Assembly (NCBI GenBank): GCA_973895155.1
Contig: OZ316898.1
Span: 9,473,079-9,537,078 of the forward strand
Length of the DNA stretch: 64,000 nucleotides
Direction: 5' to 3'
DNA from: Marsupella aquatica
Taxonomy: Eukaryota > Plantae > Marchantiophyta
The position numbers and the translations under genes are program-made. The notes under the pieces were generated by a model. It ran no database searches and had not been told where the DNA came from. It saw only the letters and a program-made list of their open reading frames with translations. Below are positions 35,950 through 50,480 of the stretch, piece after piece; within the stretch, counting starts at the first letter, position 1, and the number at the start of each line of letters is the position of its first letter.

Positions 35950-37400
35950 ATTCTGACATTCCCAGAACCTCCTCTCGGCGACTCGGCCCGTGCCTTCGTT
36001 TTCCTGGGCACACAGTTTGAGACTTTTAAATTTTTTTCTTGAAAGGAACATTTTACTCATAAGAAAAGTAAATCCCAATAATCCAGGGAGTAAACAAGCC
36101 AGGCCCACAACAGGGCGAAAGCTAAACACCACTCAAGAACCAACACTCATCCAGAAAAGAGGGACAGGGTAAAAAAGGGGAAGTGAAAAGGAAACCTACA
36201 GTCTCCCACCAAAAGAAAGCTATGGAGCACAACAGAAGTGAGGGCCAACTCAACTTAAAGTCCAAGAAGAGACCAAGAAACGGTCCAGATTTGGAAACAC
36301 TGAACCCAGATGATAATCCAGAAAAGAGGATAATCCAACTGTACAAAGCCACTACTCCTAACCTTGGAATAACCACACATACGAGGTGCCAGGTCAAACT
36401 GAATAAAAATAATTCAAGGTGGTTCAAAAAACCACAGTGGGCTTACATCCACAACCAGCATATTATCATGCAAAGAGTACAGTCCATCGATACTACCAAA
36501 GTCTTTCTTCATTGCCCAAGAAGTCCTCGTCTGCGTTGACTATTCTTATCAACCTGCTTCAACCCCTTGTTCCAAGTGATCGTCATATGAAGACGAATCT
36601 CATGCCAAATTTTACACTCAATCGCACGAGCCAAAATCCACACCTTCTCCTTACACCACCACTGTCCATATAAAAGGAGAAGTGTCCAAGACTCCTCACT
36701 TTTTCACATTGCTCTCCTCTAGCATGAGACTTTGCTCCACTGTTTCAGTAAAAGTATACTAAAAATGGTGAAACCTGGTGTAACCAATTTTGTCATGGAC
36801 AATGGCGCTTTAATAACCAAAGAAAAACGAGCCTTCCATAATTGTCAACAGGTGATTCCACGTATCAGATGCCAAAGAATTTATTGGAACGTTCCTGCAT
36901 GGTGTAACACATGGCTTTCCCAGCAACACATGTGCAGCAACAAAGTAGAAAGAAGAATCCTGTGAATCCAAAGCATGTATCATCAGCTGCTTAATCTAGG
37001 ACCAAATCTTAACCTATTCAGAACAATCCCAAAAACAATTATGCAGTATATCTTCATGGATTTCACCCTCACATCTTTTACACCACCACTCATTTGATCT
37101 TGAGAAACGAATGATAACCCCATCCTCATTTTTGTGTGTTGATCTCCTTCCAATGAAATTATTAGTAGCAATGATACGATGGACAATTTGCCACAAAAAG
37201 AAATTCACTTTCGCTTCCCTGAACTTCTTCCAAGTACTGCTCCAAATGCTTCTAGGCTCAGAGACATTTCAAATCTGCATGCGCCACTTTTGCAGACCTC
37301 CAAACTGCACAGAATCCTTTTGTTGTAATAGTTCACGAAGGCTACCAGTGGACGCACGAAAGAATCCATTCCCGTTCTTCCAGCAAAAACATTAAGATTT
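35950..37400 (-). mobile_element. Degenerate LINE (L1/Tx1-type) ORF2 3' remnant
   Basis: zf-RVT-like stretch NFFLWQIVHRIIAT...WCKRCEGEIHEDILHNCFWDC at 37014-37208 (-), surrounded by stop-ridden Trp-rich frames; boundaries approximate. Confidence 0.65.
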
Positions 37401-40400
37401 TTTGATGCGCTTCAATTCCCATGCTCTTCATCATTGCAAGTTTAATAGTTACTTTATATTTTCAAGATCTTATGCAAAAGTTGTAGTTTAGGGTTTAAAA
37501 ATAATGGTATTTAACTTGGTTTTTATATATTTTCAATAAATTAAAATTGTCAAGCACAAAAATGATGTAGGTATACATTGTATCTTAAAGTACAACAGAC
37601 TATTTGACTTCAGCCTTTGGGGCTCGGTATGAAAAGTGACGACAAGGCAGACGACTCAGTCTGTGGGCGATTCATATTCACACACTTTTGGGCCCCAAAA
37701 GAAGACAAATATATATATATATATATATTCCAATTGTGGGTTCTTTTTGCATGAAAGCTTTTTGGGCATTGGGAAATTAACGAACAAGCTCAAAGCTCCC
37801 ACAGATTAAAAATACATTTTTTTTAACATTAGTTTGCATTATTCTAAATCTGAAAAGTAAAAATGCAATACAAAGTCAGATCCCGAGTCGGATGTTGGGT
37901 GACTTTGCTGGAATCAAGGGCATTTACAAGGCGTGGGGGCTGTTTCTCCATCCAAAGCAAAGCCAAGGTCAGTTGCATATACTAAAGTTACCAGGCCCAT
38001 CATCGAGCGGTAGGTTAACTTGGGCACAACTTAACCATAGTTAAGGGCTGCCAACATTAGTGGAGACTCATATATTTCTGTGAGATTGAACATTTCATTG
38101 TGCGTACACTTAGATATCACTAGGTTCATGAGTGAGAGACTGAAGAGCTAGGGAGAGATGAGGACCATTAATAGCAATGTTTGCCAGGCTATGGTCAATG
38201 TATTCCAATTATTTATTCTGAGTTTTCTCTCAACCCTGGACTCAGTGCAAACATGGTGCACCACTTATTTATGTGCCGTTATCAATATCTGGCTGTACAC
38301 TATCTTGAGACAATATCGGATTACTCCCTTCAAGATCAATTTTTGATTATTGTCACATTTTGTTTACATTTCACTAATATGTATTAAAAAGAACAAGAAA
38401 AAGAGAGCTTGGTTCCAATTTCAAGGGGCTAGTATGCACACATTAATGTTGAAGTACTGAGAAGGGCTTAGAGCTTTTTACTAACCCCCATGAGAAGTTT
38501 ATTCCAAAATTTCTGGATGCACATGCAAGTTTCCCCATCAACATGACTTGTCACAATTGAAACAAGAACAAATTCTCTCATTAATTGTTTACCTACATTT
38601 TTGTCACCCTCATAACATTATGTGCTAACCTCAAAGACCAATTGAGGATATGAATGAAATGGAGTGAAGATGCACATTTAAAATCTTTTGCAGATCTTCA
38701 AGGACAGAGTATTCAAAGTGCTCCTTGTTACAAGAGAAGCATTGTATGAAAAACATGATTTTCATTAACTCCACATCCAAAAAATTACTCGAAGTGCTCC
38801 TTGTAACAAGTGTAAGGCTATCTGAAAAATAGGATTCATTAACAATATTTCAAAAAATTTAAATCTTAAGAAGCTCTATAGCAATAAATTAGTCAAAACT
38901 AGTTATAACAAGATGATGGTCTCTGAAAACTAATATTCTGCAACAATGTTTTTGCAAATTAATTAGTTTTTATCCCCACAATGAAAAATTTACTAGGATC
39001 CTTGTAATAAGAGTAGTGCTCTATCAAAAAGATTTTGTAAGAACATTTCCAAAATTTATATAATTAGTCATTCTGCAAAGTATCTATGCCCTAGAATCTC
39101 AAGAAAAGGTGTAGAAAATTGAGCTAATTTGGGCTTGAGATTTGCCCCTAGCCTCCGTGGTACGTAGAAATTGTTTATTTGGTTCATGAGTCATTTTGCT
39201 TTTTGGGGGGCGGGGCTTATAAACATAAAAAATAGTCGTGAGGAAATTAAACTGTTTATTTGAAATTTTACCATTGAGCAAAATTACTTGGCGGTATGAA
39301 TAATTAAGATAAGAAGCACTCAATCTACTCCAAATTTCATAAACCATGATTCATGCCAAATAAAGTATTTAGATAAGGACCTAAATGTACTTTATATTTT
39401 ATCTTTTTTTATTAAACTCTTAAAAATGGTTAGAGTAACTATAAGGAGGGGAAAGAGTATTGGGAGAATGTAACAAAGCTCATATGGGTCCATCCTGGCT
39501 TTAAGTTTGGATATTCTTAGAGAATAAAGCATTGAAAAAATGCCAACTGAAAAATCATGAGGGGTATTAAGTAAATCATGAGGGGTATTAAGTATGTAGT
39601 AACCCCATTGCAATGACATTGTGGGTTATAATGTCCCACAAAAATAGGCATCCTTCCAAGTTTTAAGAATTTATGAATATACTTTTATAGTTGATGGTAT
39701 TGGACAATGTTAGGGTCATTCGGAAAACTCAGTCTATTAAAAACATATTGAAGGCAGCATTCAAGCCCACTATTCATCCATAGACCCACAAAGGCATCAC
39801 TATGCTGTAGTTCAGTTGAGTGGACACTAGTAGGTTTTGGGTTCAAATATTATAATTGACTCTTCCCTTTTTGTGAGGTTTTCACAGATTTCCCCTTTTT
39901 AAATAACTAAAAACAAAATCCCCTTTTAAAATAAATAAAATAAAATTGATTCATAGACATGGGAGCCCATGATTGGGAATAGTTTGAAGAGCATTTAGAC
40001 TTATAATTCCAAGCTAACTGTAAAAATTTGAAAGAATGGAGAGAAAAAAATAGCAATGACACTAAGTGATTCTCCATTCTCCATTTTGAAACAATGTGAG
40101 AACAAACCAATAAAGTTTATAAAAATCAATTTAAAAATCAATTCATTTATTTAAAACTCCAATTTTGAATTATAGTAATTATAATCAAACACTTATTTAA
40201 TTTGATTATAATTATTAGCTCCGTAAAATTAAAAATAACCTTCATTTGAGTGCTTGCATGGTCTATTCTAACATTCCAACAAGTGATTCCCAAGGACTTT
40301 GATATAACATGCAAGATAATTAGACCAAAAACCTCTCTGATTGAATTTAAGAACCATTAGAGGGAAATGATTGGGAGGACTGGGTCCCAAACTATAATTC

Positions 40401-42290
40401 GTAAATGCTCACAATTAGAATGTCAAAGAGCACTATGTGCATAGAAGGGTCCCAAACTATTTTCTGTAAGTGCTCATATTAATTAGAATGTCAAAGAGCG
40501 CTCTGTACATAGAAGTCCACAACTTACTCTGATCCATCTAAGCAACAACTTGGAGAAAGCTCAAATAATTTTCGTTCTCAAAGTATCAACTTGAGAAAGC
40601 TCATTCAAATAATACTCAAGATACTCACCTCTCCAATAATACTTTTCCTATCTATAGATTTTGAAAGAGTAGAAAAAGTGATGCTCACCCTCTCAAATAA
40701 TACTCTCCTTTGTATAGATGTTCACCTTTTTACCGAACGGAAAAAAAGTGCTTGGTTCATCTGAGGGCAAACATTGTCGTCCATCCAATTGAAAATCCAA
40801 CCCGGCTTTCCATTTGTCTTTGGAACCGTGTAGAAAAGACCTCCATGCAGAACATCGTCAAAGGTTCAAGAGAATCCCGAGGGTTTGCAAGGCACCTTCC
40901 TCGGTGTGTCCTTTTTTTTCGTATTTGCGAAATCAATGCCTTCTAGAGCGTTTAGGATCCTGCCTGGCACTTGCCAATGCGCAGATCCGGATTTCCACAT
41001 TCAGATACAGGTACGCGTGTTGGCATGCTTGTGTTTGTGGTCTGTCAAAAGTTGAAAATTAAACTGGGAGGAACTTACGCTGTCAATCACAACATCACCT
41101 TTGTAAAGTAGCGGACTAAATTGACATACAATGAGCAGCATTCTGTGAACCTTCGTGAGTCTGTACTGTAGAGGTCGATGGAGGAGATACGATAAGAATG
41201 GAACTGTTGCATCGGCTTTAGCATCAGAGTGAACGAAGTAAAAAGCGGACATTTCAGAGGCTATGGTCAGAAACTAGAATGATCACAAACTTTCTAGCTC
41301 CTCAGGCGAAAATCCGTGTCGCATGTCTGCATCTTCACAACTTCATTTCTTGCAGGCCTGACCGGAGAGCAATGGTCGATTCAGAGAGAAAAACTCATGG
41401 TCGTTGAGTGCCTTGTTGGTCATGTTCGTGGGAATCGAAACATTTGGGTCAGGATTTCGGTGATGTATGTAGCTTGCAGGGTTGCTGGAGAACGGACGCT
41501 CGGAAACGATTCGGAATTTTTGATTGTAAGTTTTGATACCTCAACTATTTGAATTAGTGAGTCCAATTGCTAGTGATCTAAGATCTATTAAGGAAAGTTA
41601 CTACCCCGATGGTTGTTTCATGTCTGAGGATAGTGGTAGCTGTACGTGTTTGTGATGGAGTATTTGCACTGCATCGATCTATCAAGGAAAGTTTTGATGA
41701 TCCGTTTCACCAGAGTTTGATGATCGCGTGTTTACTTGACGGCAAGCTGGACGTGTCAATTTTATTTATTGTAGTTTTTTGCTTCTACTTTGTTTTGTCA
41801 CTAGGCTTGCGAGGGCCCCTCTTCAGAAGTTACAGAAGCAGATCAAAAGCTCTACAGGCCACACATTTGGCAATCTGCTCGGGCTACACTGGACAGCACT
41901 CACGGGAAAAATCCCAGCGTTCAAGGATGTTTACAAGATTGAAACTAGTGTCATGGCGTACGACTCAACTGGCGGCCAGCTTTGAATTGATTGGGGACCG
42001 CCTCAATCTGGAGTTATATTCTGAAATCAACTTTCATCCGCGCAAGAGATTCAACTCGTGTGCCTTCTGTCCCACCTGCCCTTGCAAGCCCAGCTAACGA
42101 AAGCTCTCTTTTGCCCAAATCGCCGCAAACTTCGTCAGAAAGAATCAGATTATTCAGCCTGGAATGTCACGAGGTTTCGGGAAAGTTTACGACTGACCGT
42201 ACCCACGAGACACCCAGGGAATATTTCTAGTACCTCACATAGGAAAGCCCCTTTGCATCTTCAGATTGTAGATTCTGGATTAAGAAAATC

Positions 42291-45107
42291 ATGGCAGAAA
42301 CTGCATGTGGAGAAAATTTGCCTTTCATAATATCTATAGGGACCATCGTGTGTGATGTCCTCGTAAACCTGTTTTGTAACGACATTTCGAACGCCGTGCA
42401 GCAGTCAACCTACCTGGTGACGAGATTCACACCGTATATCGTTTGGTTTACGTTGATACTGTTGTGGGTTCTTTTCAAAGGTGGGATGAAAAAAGTCTCA
42501 TATCTTCGAAAGTATGAACCTTTCGTGCTCTTTGTTGGGACAGTTCTCTGTGACGTCCTGATCAACCTCGTCTGCAGTGATATCTCTAGAGAAACTCAGC
42601 AGCAAACGTTTGAAGGCGAGAGATATCTCCCTTATGCCGTATTGTCAGCAACGGCATTGCTCTGGTTCGTTGTGAAACGGATGCTGGAGAGTCGGCCACA
42701 TGCTGAGACTCGGCAATCTAGCACTCAACGAACTGCCACACCTCACGGCATATTCCAGGTTAGTACCCACTGTTGTCAACTTGTGCGTGTCGATCAGCTG
42801 CTCAAGAATAACAATGCTGAGAGTCGGGCAGAGCTTCCATTCGCCCTTTTTGAACTCAAGCTGTTTACGTGCATTTCTTGCCCCAGCCTCAAGAGTTCTA
42901 TACTTTCGAAAGTAGGGCTCATGATCCTAATGTGTACACCTCATGATTATAATGCAACAACTTCAAGTTTTTCTATGTAGATGAGACGGTACTAATTCTG
43001 CATATCTCGAAGGCCTCGCGCTAAATTTGGCATCCAAAACACTCCAGTTTATGATTCTTGCTCAGAAATTGACGCTTTGCTCTATTTTTAGCTCAACGAC
43101 TCGGTGTGGGAGTTTCATGCGCCAAGCTGTGGGATTCCTGAGATGGATGTCATCTTCTTTCACGGTTTGGCGCTTTCTAAGAACTCGTTTTGGAAGACAT
43201 GGCTGGTCAGAGATACCGACCAAGTGGTTTGGCCAAAGGAATGGCTGGGCACCGCATATCCAAATGCTAGGATCATATCCATCTCCTATTACCATGCTTT
43301 CGCTGCAGCTGAAAGGCATGGTGAAAGGCATGGTGAGCTTGATCAGGATTTACTGAAGAGAATTTTGGTCAAGGATATCATTCTGGCCAAACATCTCAAC
43401 ATCGGGCAAAATTGCCCAGTAATCCTCATAGGGCACAGTGTGGGAGGAATCGTCATTAAAGACTTCCTTCTCACTGCGGCGAGCATGCAACGAGCAGCTG
43501 TTCCCCCAATCACCAACCGGGTGAACACGTTTCTTGGGAACATTCGGGGACTATTCTACTACGGTATCACCGACGACCGTTCAAAAATTGAGGAATTGGC
43601 AAAACAAAGCAAGAATCGAACTTTGCTCCTCACAATCGTAGCCAGGAGACTCGAAATCGACGAAGAGTTTCGACAGCGAACTGAGTTGCATGCGCGCTCA
43701 TTTGCTGTACTGGAGGGACGTAAGACGAAGTATGTGGTGAGTACGCGGCACACATCTTAGATCTTGCAGATTGAATGTGTGCATGTTTCGGGTAAGTTTC
43801 GAAGAAATGTGTTAAATAAACAAATATCCTTTCAGTTGAAGTAAACCTGAGATGATGTTTTGTCTACGCAATCCTTCAATAAAATATTGGTAAACTAATT
43901 TGTCACTCCAGTTGATCGACCTGTTATTTATTCGATCGATGCAGAGATTTCATCATTTGGAGGTGGGCGAGGCACGATCGGTTCGGTACGAGGTTGATAA
44001 GTACATTGATACGACGTCAGATCATTTTGCGGTCTGTAGGCCAGCCTCAAAGGAGGCTGCAGCTTATACGATACTGCAACAATTTATTGCTTCTTCCTTG
44101 GCGGACGGAATGATAAGACAGTATGCAGGATGTAAGTAACTACAGTATTCCCATCTTAGACTGCCCTGCATCCAGCACATCGGGACCAGTTGGGGCCGAT
44201 GCTGAATTTTTCTATTTACTCTCCGGTCCGTTTCATGAACAGTTTACTTGCTGTAGCATAAAAAACTCTGCTCATGAAAACTTGGGTACGAACGATTACA
44301 TGTGTGCTCTAAACATCAGACATCATGAAGAAGCGAACCAGATTTTGATAGCTTGACATGTTGAGGCCCTGACCAACCAGATGCGGCCCCCACTAAGGCC
44401 AAACAGAGAGAGAAGAAGACCGGTTCTTTCGATTTGCACCTGGAATCATATGCCTCTAGTATAAAAAACTTTGGCAGTGCATTGCGGACCCCAGCTCAAA
44501 TCTACTGTAGCTGTGTGTCTTGAAGGTTACTCGGTTTCTAAAAAGGTTAGAAGCACCCAGTCCAGCCGAAGCAATCTAAGCTGTTTGATGTCAAGTTTAC
44601 TGAAGAACATCGAGACAGAAGTTACCTAAACTAATTAAGAGAGTTGATGTACATGTCTCTCGATCCGCTCTCACTCTTTCCTCAGCCCTCGAACTGTCTA
44701 GCTTCTCATCTACACGTGCCGTTGTTCTTTTATTATCAACAGAACGCAAACCCGAGACCGGACAGACTGGCCAAACGTATCTAACAATGTCTAGTTATTC
44801 ATGGGCCTCGTTTGGGCCACAGTGATCTTCCTCTGTTTGCTTGCAATTTCTTTTTCTGTTTCTCGTTCTGTAGCAAAAAGTAGATTCAATCTGTCTCGAC
44901 AATCTGGCTTGGTTTTGCTAACCAATATCGTGGATTGGGATGATCGACCTTAAATTTGCAGTGGTTATTCGACGGTTCTTGCCCGGCTTTGGCGTTGGTG
45001 GGGGCGTAAACGGCAGGCCGGCCACTCCCGCTGCTGCTTTTGTTGGGACCTCGCCGAATCCACCTGCAAGCAAGGAGGCGACGAAAGAACCACAGACAAC
45101 TGTCTGA
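42291..45107 (+). CDS. Membrane-anchored alpha/beta-hydrolase (SERAC1/DUF676-like)
   Basis: Exons 42291-42758 (hydrophobic repeats), 43092-43736 (DVIFFHGL, WPKEWL, GHSVGG), 43945-44131 (DHFAVCRP) and a possible last exon 44962-45107; phases are consistent. If the last intron is not used, the stop is at 44139. Confidence 0.78.
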
Positions 45108-48100
45108 ACAGGAATTACCTAAGGTCGACTTTCTTTCGTTCTCGTTTGGTTCCAGTGGCGGACTTGAGAAAAGGATGCGGCTGGATTCTGCTCGATAAAT
45201 AAAATTGTGCGTTGCTGCATTCTAGCTACGAATACTCTAGTTGGTTTGTCCTTTATAATTATATCTAGCAAATTTGATCTTCGTCTTTCGTCGGGCTGAG
45301 AAGCTAATAACCGAATACTTCAATGCGAGCTTCAGTGTCAGTAAACGGAATTAAGCTCGAATGGAAGGTTCCCTTCTCCTGTGAAGGATCGATCATGCCA
45401 ATATAGTTGTAGTACAGTCATCTGGAAGCTGGTCTACTCCGATTTAGTTGGAAAGGGTAGTCAGTAAGATATATTGGGGATGCCGAGAATTCAGTTACCA
45501 GCTAGCACAGGGCCAAGCTAGCTAGGACAAGGAAAGAGAGGACGCCAAGAAAATACTGACTGGTATCATTTGGTCACTGGTAGCTTCACAAGTATGTCGA
45601 TTTGTAATTTTAAGTTTTTTTTTCAAAGTAATAAAAAAAGGTTTTGATTGAAATGGTTTGCTGGAACACTTGAGAGCACTGAGCTGTGCACATTCTTTCA
45701 TTTGTCTGGCGACGATCCGTCGCTTTAGTGTGGGACTCACAGCTATTTTCGCTACACATGGACCGGACAAATGTGTACCCTAGATTCCAATTCTCGGGTC
45801 CATTTCTAGGTTACTAGCTCGCTGGTGGACATCCGTAGATTGTGGTAGGACATTTCTTTCAACGCATCGATCAGATCTTCAATTATCTGTGAAGTTAGCT
45901 TGCTATTCGACTCCGTTGAATGAGCCCCCCTGGTGTTATTTCACAGTCTTTACTTTTGATGTATATGAATATCACACGCAAAGAACAAAAAGGGAGACAA
46001 GATTGGAGGCCAAGATCCCAAAGCCAGAAGATCCCCAACTCTCGCATGTTGACGCCATCTCCCGTTAGTACTACTGCGATCGATCATGTTGCCACCTCGT
46101 ACGAACATGTCATGAGACCACAGAACCACGTACGATTTGGTTGTAGCTGAATTACGCTAGATTGTACACGAAGACACGACCCACATATCCATGGGGTAGG
46201 GTGGTCCTGAAACGAACAACTGAAACTGAAGGATTTACTCGGTCGTAATCCAAAAACCATAGCCACATATATTCCACATTTGGAGGTCTGTTCACTTCAT
46301 TAAGCTGCATGTGATTTTCAGAGGTGCCTATTTAAACCGCAAATACGGGGGCAAGGGGCTCTGGGTCACCCTGAGTCCTCATACCCAGGTGCATCCACCC
46401 TTAGCTATCAGATGCACCCTTAGCTATAAGATAAGATCTATGGTTCAAATGGTAGTTCTGGTTGAGATTTACTTCTGTGAAAAAAAGCAGGAAAAATGGT
46501 TGCCTGGATATTTTGCGAGAAAAAACAAAAAAACAAAAAGGGCAATCTGATTGGCTAAATTTGAAATTTGAATTTCGGGGGGAATGGTAGATCTGAGCCG
46601 TCTGTATTTCTTGTCTCCAAAAATCTAGTCAATCCATCATAGTGGACAATCTATGGTTCAAAAGAAAGATCTCAAAGAGATTTATGGATGAGTTTTGTGG
46701 GTTTTGTAAATGGGTTAATATTTTTCAAATGAAAAATAAAACAAATTCAAATCCTTTTTCAGATGAAAAATAAAACAAATCCAAGCCCTCCTAGCAGTCC
46801 ATGTAATGCAGGTTTCTTGCCCTATACCTTCCACCCCCTTCAAACCCTTCAACCACTCCAGATTTACTAAACAATATTGAACTTAGTTGAGATTTATGTG
46901 TGCCTGTGCCTCCACTCCGGTCAAAGCTAACACTCAGTCTGGGGCCAGTTGATGACCACAATACCAGAGTCAAGCACAGGCTGGCAGCGGGCATCACACA
47001 CAGTCTATTCAATGCTAATCCACAGTGTCTTATTAGCCCCGAGATTACCTTTTGTTCTTAATATTAATTTTCCCTATTTTTATAATTGTTCATAGTTACC
47101 CATGCCTGTTTACTTTTTCTGTCTTTTTGAGTTACAAAACATCTATAGTAATATTCTCCAATACTCCCGCCAATACTGTAAGATAAATATAATCCAATAT
47201 TGCAGCCAATACAGGTAAGGTAAATATCATCTTAATGTTTTTCTAACAAAAAAGTGATGTAGTAGAGGTGGCCTCCTATATGAGAAGTCATAGTTAAACT
47301 CATTAAGGATCACTAGTTAGTTATAGTAGGTGTGTGAGTACCTAACTAAAAAGATAAGTGCCAAGAAGCTTGGAACTTGACTTTGGTAACATGTTTCACC
47401 CCCCAAGTCTCATAAATTCCTTGTCGTGGTGGTCTCAATCTCTGCGCAGCCTGCCAACACAAATTAAGGCAGGGAGTGTTGTGTGGGGAATGTATAGCTG
47501 AGTGTTGTCTTTTGAAGAGGACGGTGATTATTTGGGAACTAAGGGGGGCTTTACAAGACCGCGGGGGCCGTTCAGTCCCTCCTCTTCCAAAGCAAAGCCG
47601 GGGGCCACTTAATGAACTAAAATTAGTAAACCGGGGCAAACACACTACCAGGCTGCAGCGAACGGCGCCCAGCCTCATGTAAAGTGAACAACGCCCACTT
47701 TGAGAGATGGGACACAGAAAAGACAGAAACAAGGGCCAGCTGTCTGATAACTCCCAAATTGACGGGGAGGAAATATGTGATTGCGCGGGAGAAGATCGTC
47801 AAGCTCAGTCTTTCTTTCAATTAATGGTGGATCTTCAAGCGTTGGAGAGAAGAGAGCTTGATGAGCAACAGGTCCTTCTGTTTATGGACCCATACAGAGA
47901 GATCTACTGTGGCCAAAAACTAGAAAAATCAAACTTCAGCTGTGAAATTTTGTTCAACTGGGAAGACGCTGATACAGACGCACATAGCAACATTGAATCA
48001 TGGAACCTAGAGAAATTTCGTCAAGTGAGAGCCATGATTTGTACAAAGAAATTGAGGCAGAAGAAACGTCCGACGAAGAAGACCAATGCACTGTTGAATA

Positions 48101-49939
48101 TGCTCGTGAACAGGTCAGAAGCTTTTCTTGTTCCTGTCCCTGCCAAGTTTGATTGTGGAATTTCGTTTTTGCATTTTCAGATTGCAAAATTGTCCTCTTA
48201 TCAATTATTTGATTACACGATGCAGCCTGACAGGAGGAAACAAAAATTCTGGTAATAATTTGCCTCAATTTGGTGTTGCAAGTCATCGTGGCTAAAGTCA
48301 TACAATCACAGCAAGCTGCTTTGGTTACAGCAACAAACACAATGCATCTATTTAATTGCCTCATTGGGGACCGACGGCTTTTGCGATTGCATCCTAGATC
48401 CATTTGGAGGTTGGACCGTGAATCTCCATTTGTGGATAGAACATTGTTGGCTTCTCATACTGAAAAAGAGTTCACAAGAAGGTTACGTATCAAGCCTTCC
48501 ACATTTTTTTACCTCTGTTCTCTAGTTGCCCCAGACATGCAGAAGTCAAAAAAAGGTGGAGCTATTCCATTGGAAAAGAGGGTTGCTTTATCATTGAACA
48601 GACTAGGTACAGGTAACTACTTGCTTGGTTGTGCTGACCTGTTTGGAATGAGCGAAAGCTTGGCCTGTATTGTTGTGAGACAATTCTGTCAAGCCGTTTT
48701 GAAATACATTCGTCCACTTGTGGTTCCGAAATGGACTTCAAAATCTCTGAAAAATTTAGCAGCCCAGTTTGAAGCTAAGCATGGGTTGCCTTTTATTATG
48801 GGAGCCATAGATGGCTCTCATATTCCCATCATTGCCCCTGAGGGGGATCCGGCACCTTTCTATAACAGAAAGGGATTTTATTCTGTTCTCTTGCAAGGCA
48901 TTGTGGACACGGAAACAACATTTTGGGATTGGGACTTTGGATGGGCGGGTTCTCTACATGACTACACCTTATCTGTAAACTCAGTGATGGGAAGGAAAAC
49001 TATTAGGGGAGATTTCCGTCCATATAAACTCATAGGTGATGCTGCATATCCCATCCGAACTTGTATGTATATTCCTTTTAAAGGAACAAAAGAACAACTT
49101 GAGCCTTTCAAAACACATTGGAATTTCATCCAGAGTTCTACCAGAATGTGTGTAGAACGGGCATTTGGAATTTTGAAAGGCAGGTGGCGGATTCTCTTGA
49201 GACGCATAGAAATGAAGATTGATCATGTTGCTGACGTGGTCGGAGCATGTATATGTCTGCATAACTTATGTATTATGCACAAGGATTTCGGAGATGAGCA
49301 GCTCGTAGCAGATGCAAAATTGTGGCTGAAGGAGCAATGTGTCACACCATTCTGAGTAGTGTAGTAGTATATCGTGCTATTAGAGTATGTACGTTTGGTA
49401 TGAGTGCTATTGGAGCCGATAAGGTTCTGTCAGGTTTGTGTGAGAGGGTACTTCTCACTTGTGAGACATTGAAAGGTCATCTTTCAATGTTGAGCCTTGG
49501 AGAGAGAGGAGCTTGAGTGTGGCTATGGTGGCTGTGAGCTCCGCTTGTGTAACGAGGATTCCTTGAGTAGTGCAAGGTGCATTGGCTTGACATACGTGTG
49601 TGATCGGATCGGTGCGGGATCGATGGGGTATTGTTGACCGAGATCGTTGTGCCGATTGTATGGAGATTACATTGAAAGATCACATTCGAAATCTGTTGTA
49701 CGGACTGTGCGGACAGAAGTTCGATTGATTGAGTTGTCGATGGTTCGTGGTAGCTCGGATCGTGTGTTGTTATCGAACAGATCGTTGGTATCTTGACCTG
49801 TATCGTTGTTGTCCGATCGGCTTGCTTCCCGATCGATGTACAGATCTGTGATTGGTGACAGGTTTTGAGTTGGAGGTCGATTGATGATTCGTGGAGGAAA
49901 GCGAATGTTGAGTAGATGTTGGACAGTGGAAGTCGATCC

Positions 49940-50480
49940 GTGAGGCTTCAGATCCGATTGCCGGCTACTGTGAGGCTTCAGATCTGATTGTCGGCTACTA
50001 TGGGGCTTCAGATCTGATTGCCGGCTATTGTTGGACGATGTTGGCAAGGCGCAGGTGAAGCGACGGCTCTTTTCCTGAAGGAACGGAGCTGCCAATGCCC
50101 CGTGCGATGGTATCATCATTTCAGTGAAAGAAACGAGGGTCAAAGGTGTTGAATCAAGCTGCTGCCAGTTCTGTGGAAGGGCTGCATTTTTCATGAAGGA
50201 AATCGACAGTTTTCGGGAGCTTTTCATGAAGGAAGTAGTCATTTTTGGGGTCAGGTGTGAGGCGCACGAGGTCACCCATCCCGAAAGTGCTCGCGCGAGG
50301 TGACACGTGAGGTCACCCATCCCGAAAGTGCTCCCAACCGTGAGCGCGAAGTCACCCATCGCGAGCGCAGGCAGGCGCGAGGTCGAGGTCACCCATCCCG
50401 GGGCTATTCCGGGCCGTGAGCGCGAGGGGAGGCACAAGGTCGAGCGCGAGGAGGTCACCCATCCCGGGGCTATTCCCAGC
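49940..50480. repeat. Short tandem motifs in the gypsy 5' non-coding region
   Basis: 30-bp unit GTGAGGCTTCAGATC(C/T)GATTG(C/T)CGGCTACT x3 at 49940-50030; GTCACCCATC(C)G-type motif x5 at ~50270-50470. Confidence 0.85.

Noticed and set aside
41779-42290. Coding exon upstream of the hydrolase ATG
   Set aside because: Stops in all frames; more likely 5' UTR or a decayed exon.
46340-46790. Possible MITE with short internal duplications
   Set aside because: Could not define a TIR pair or TSD.
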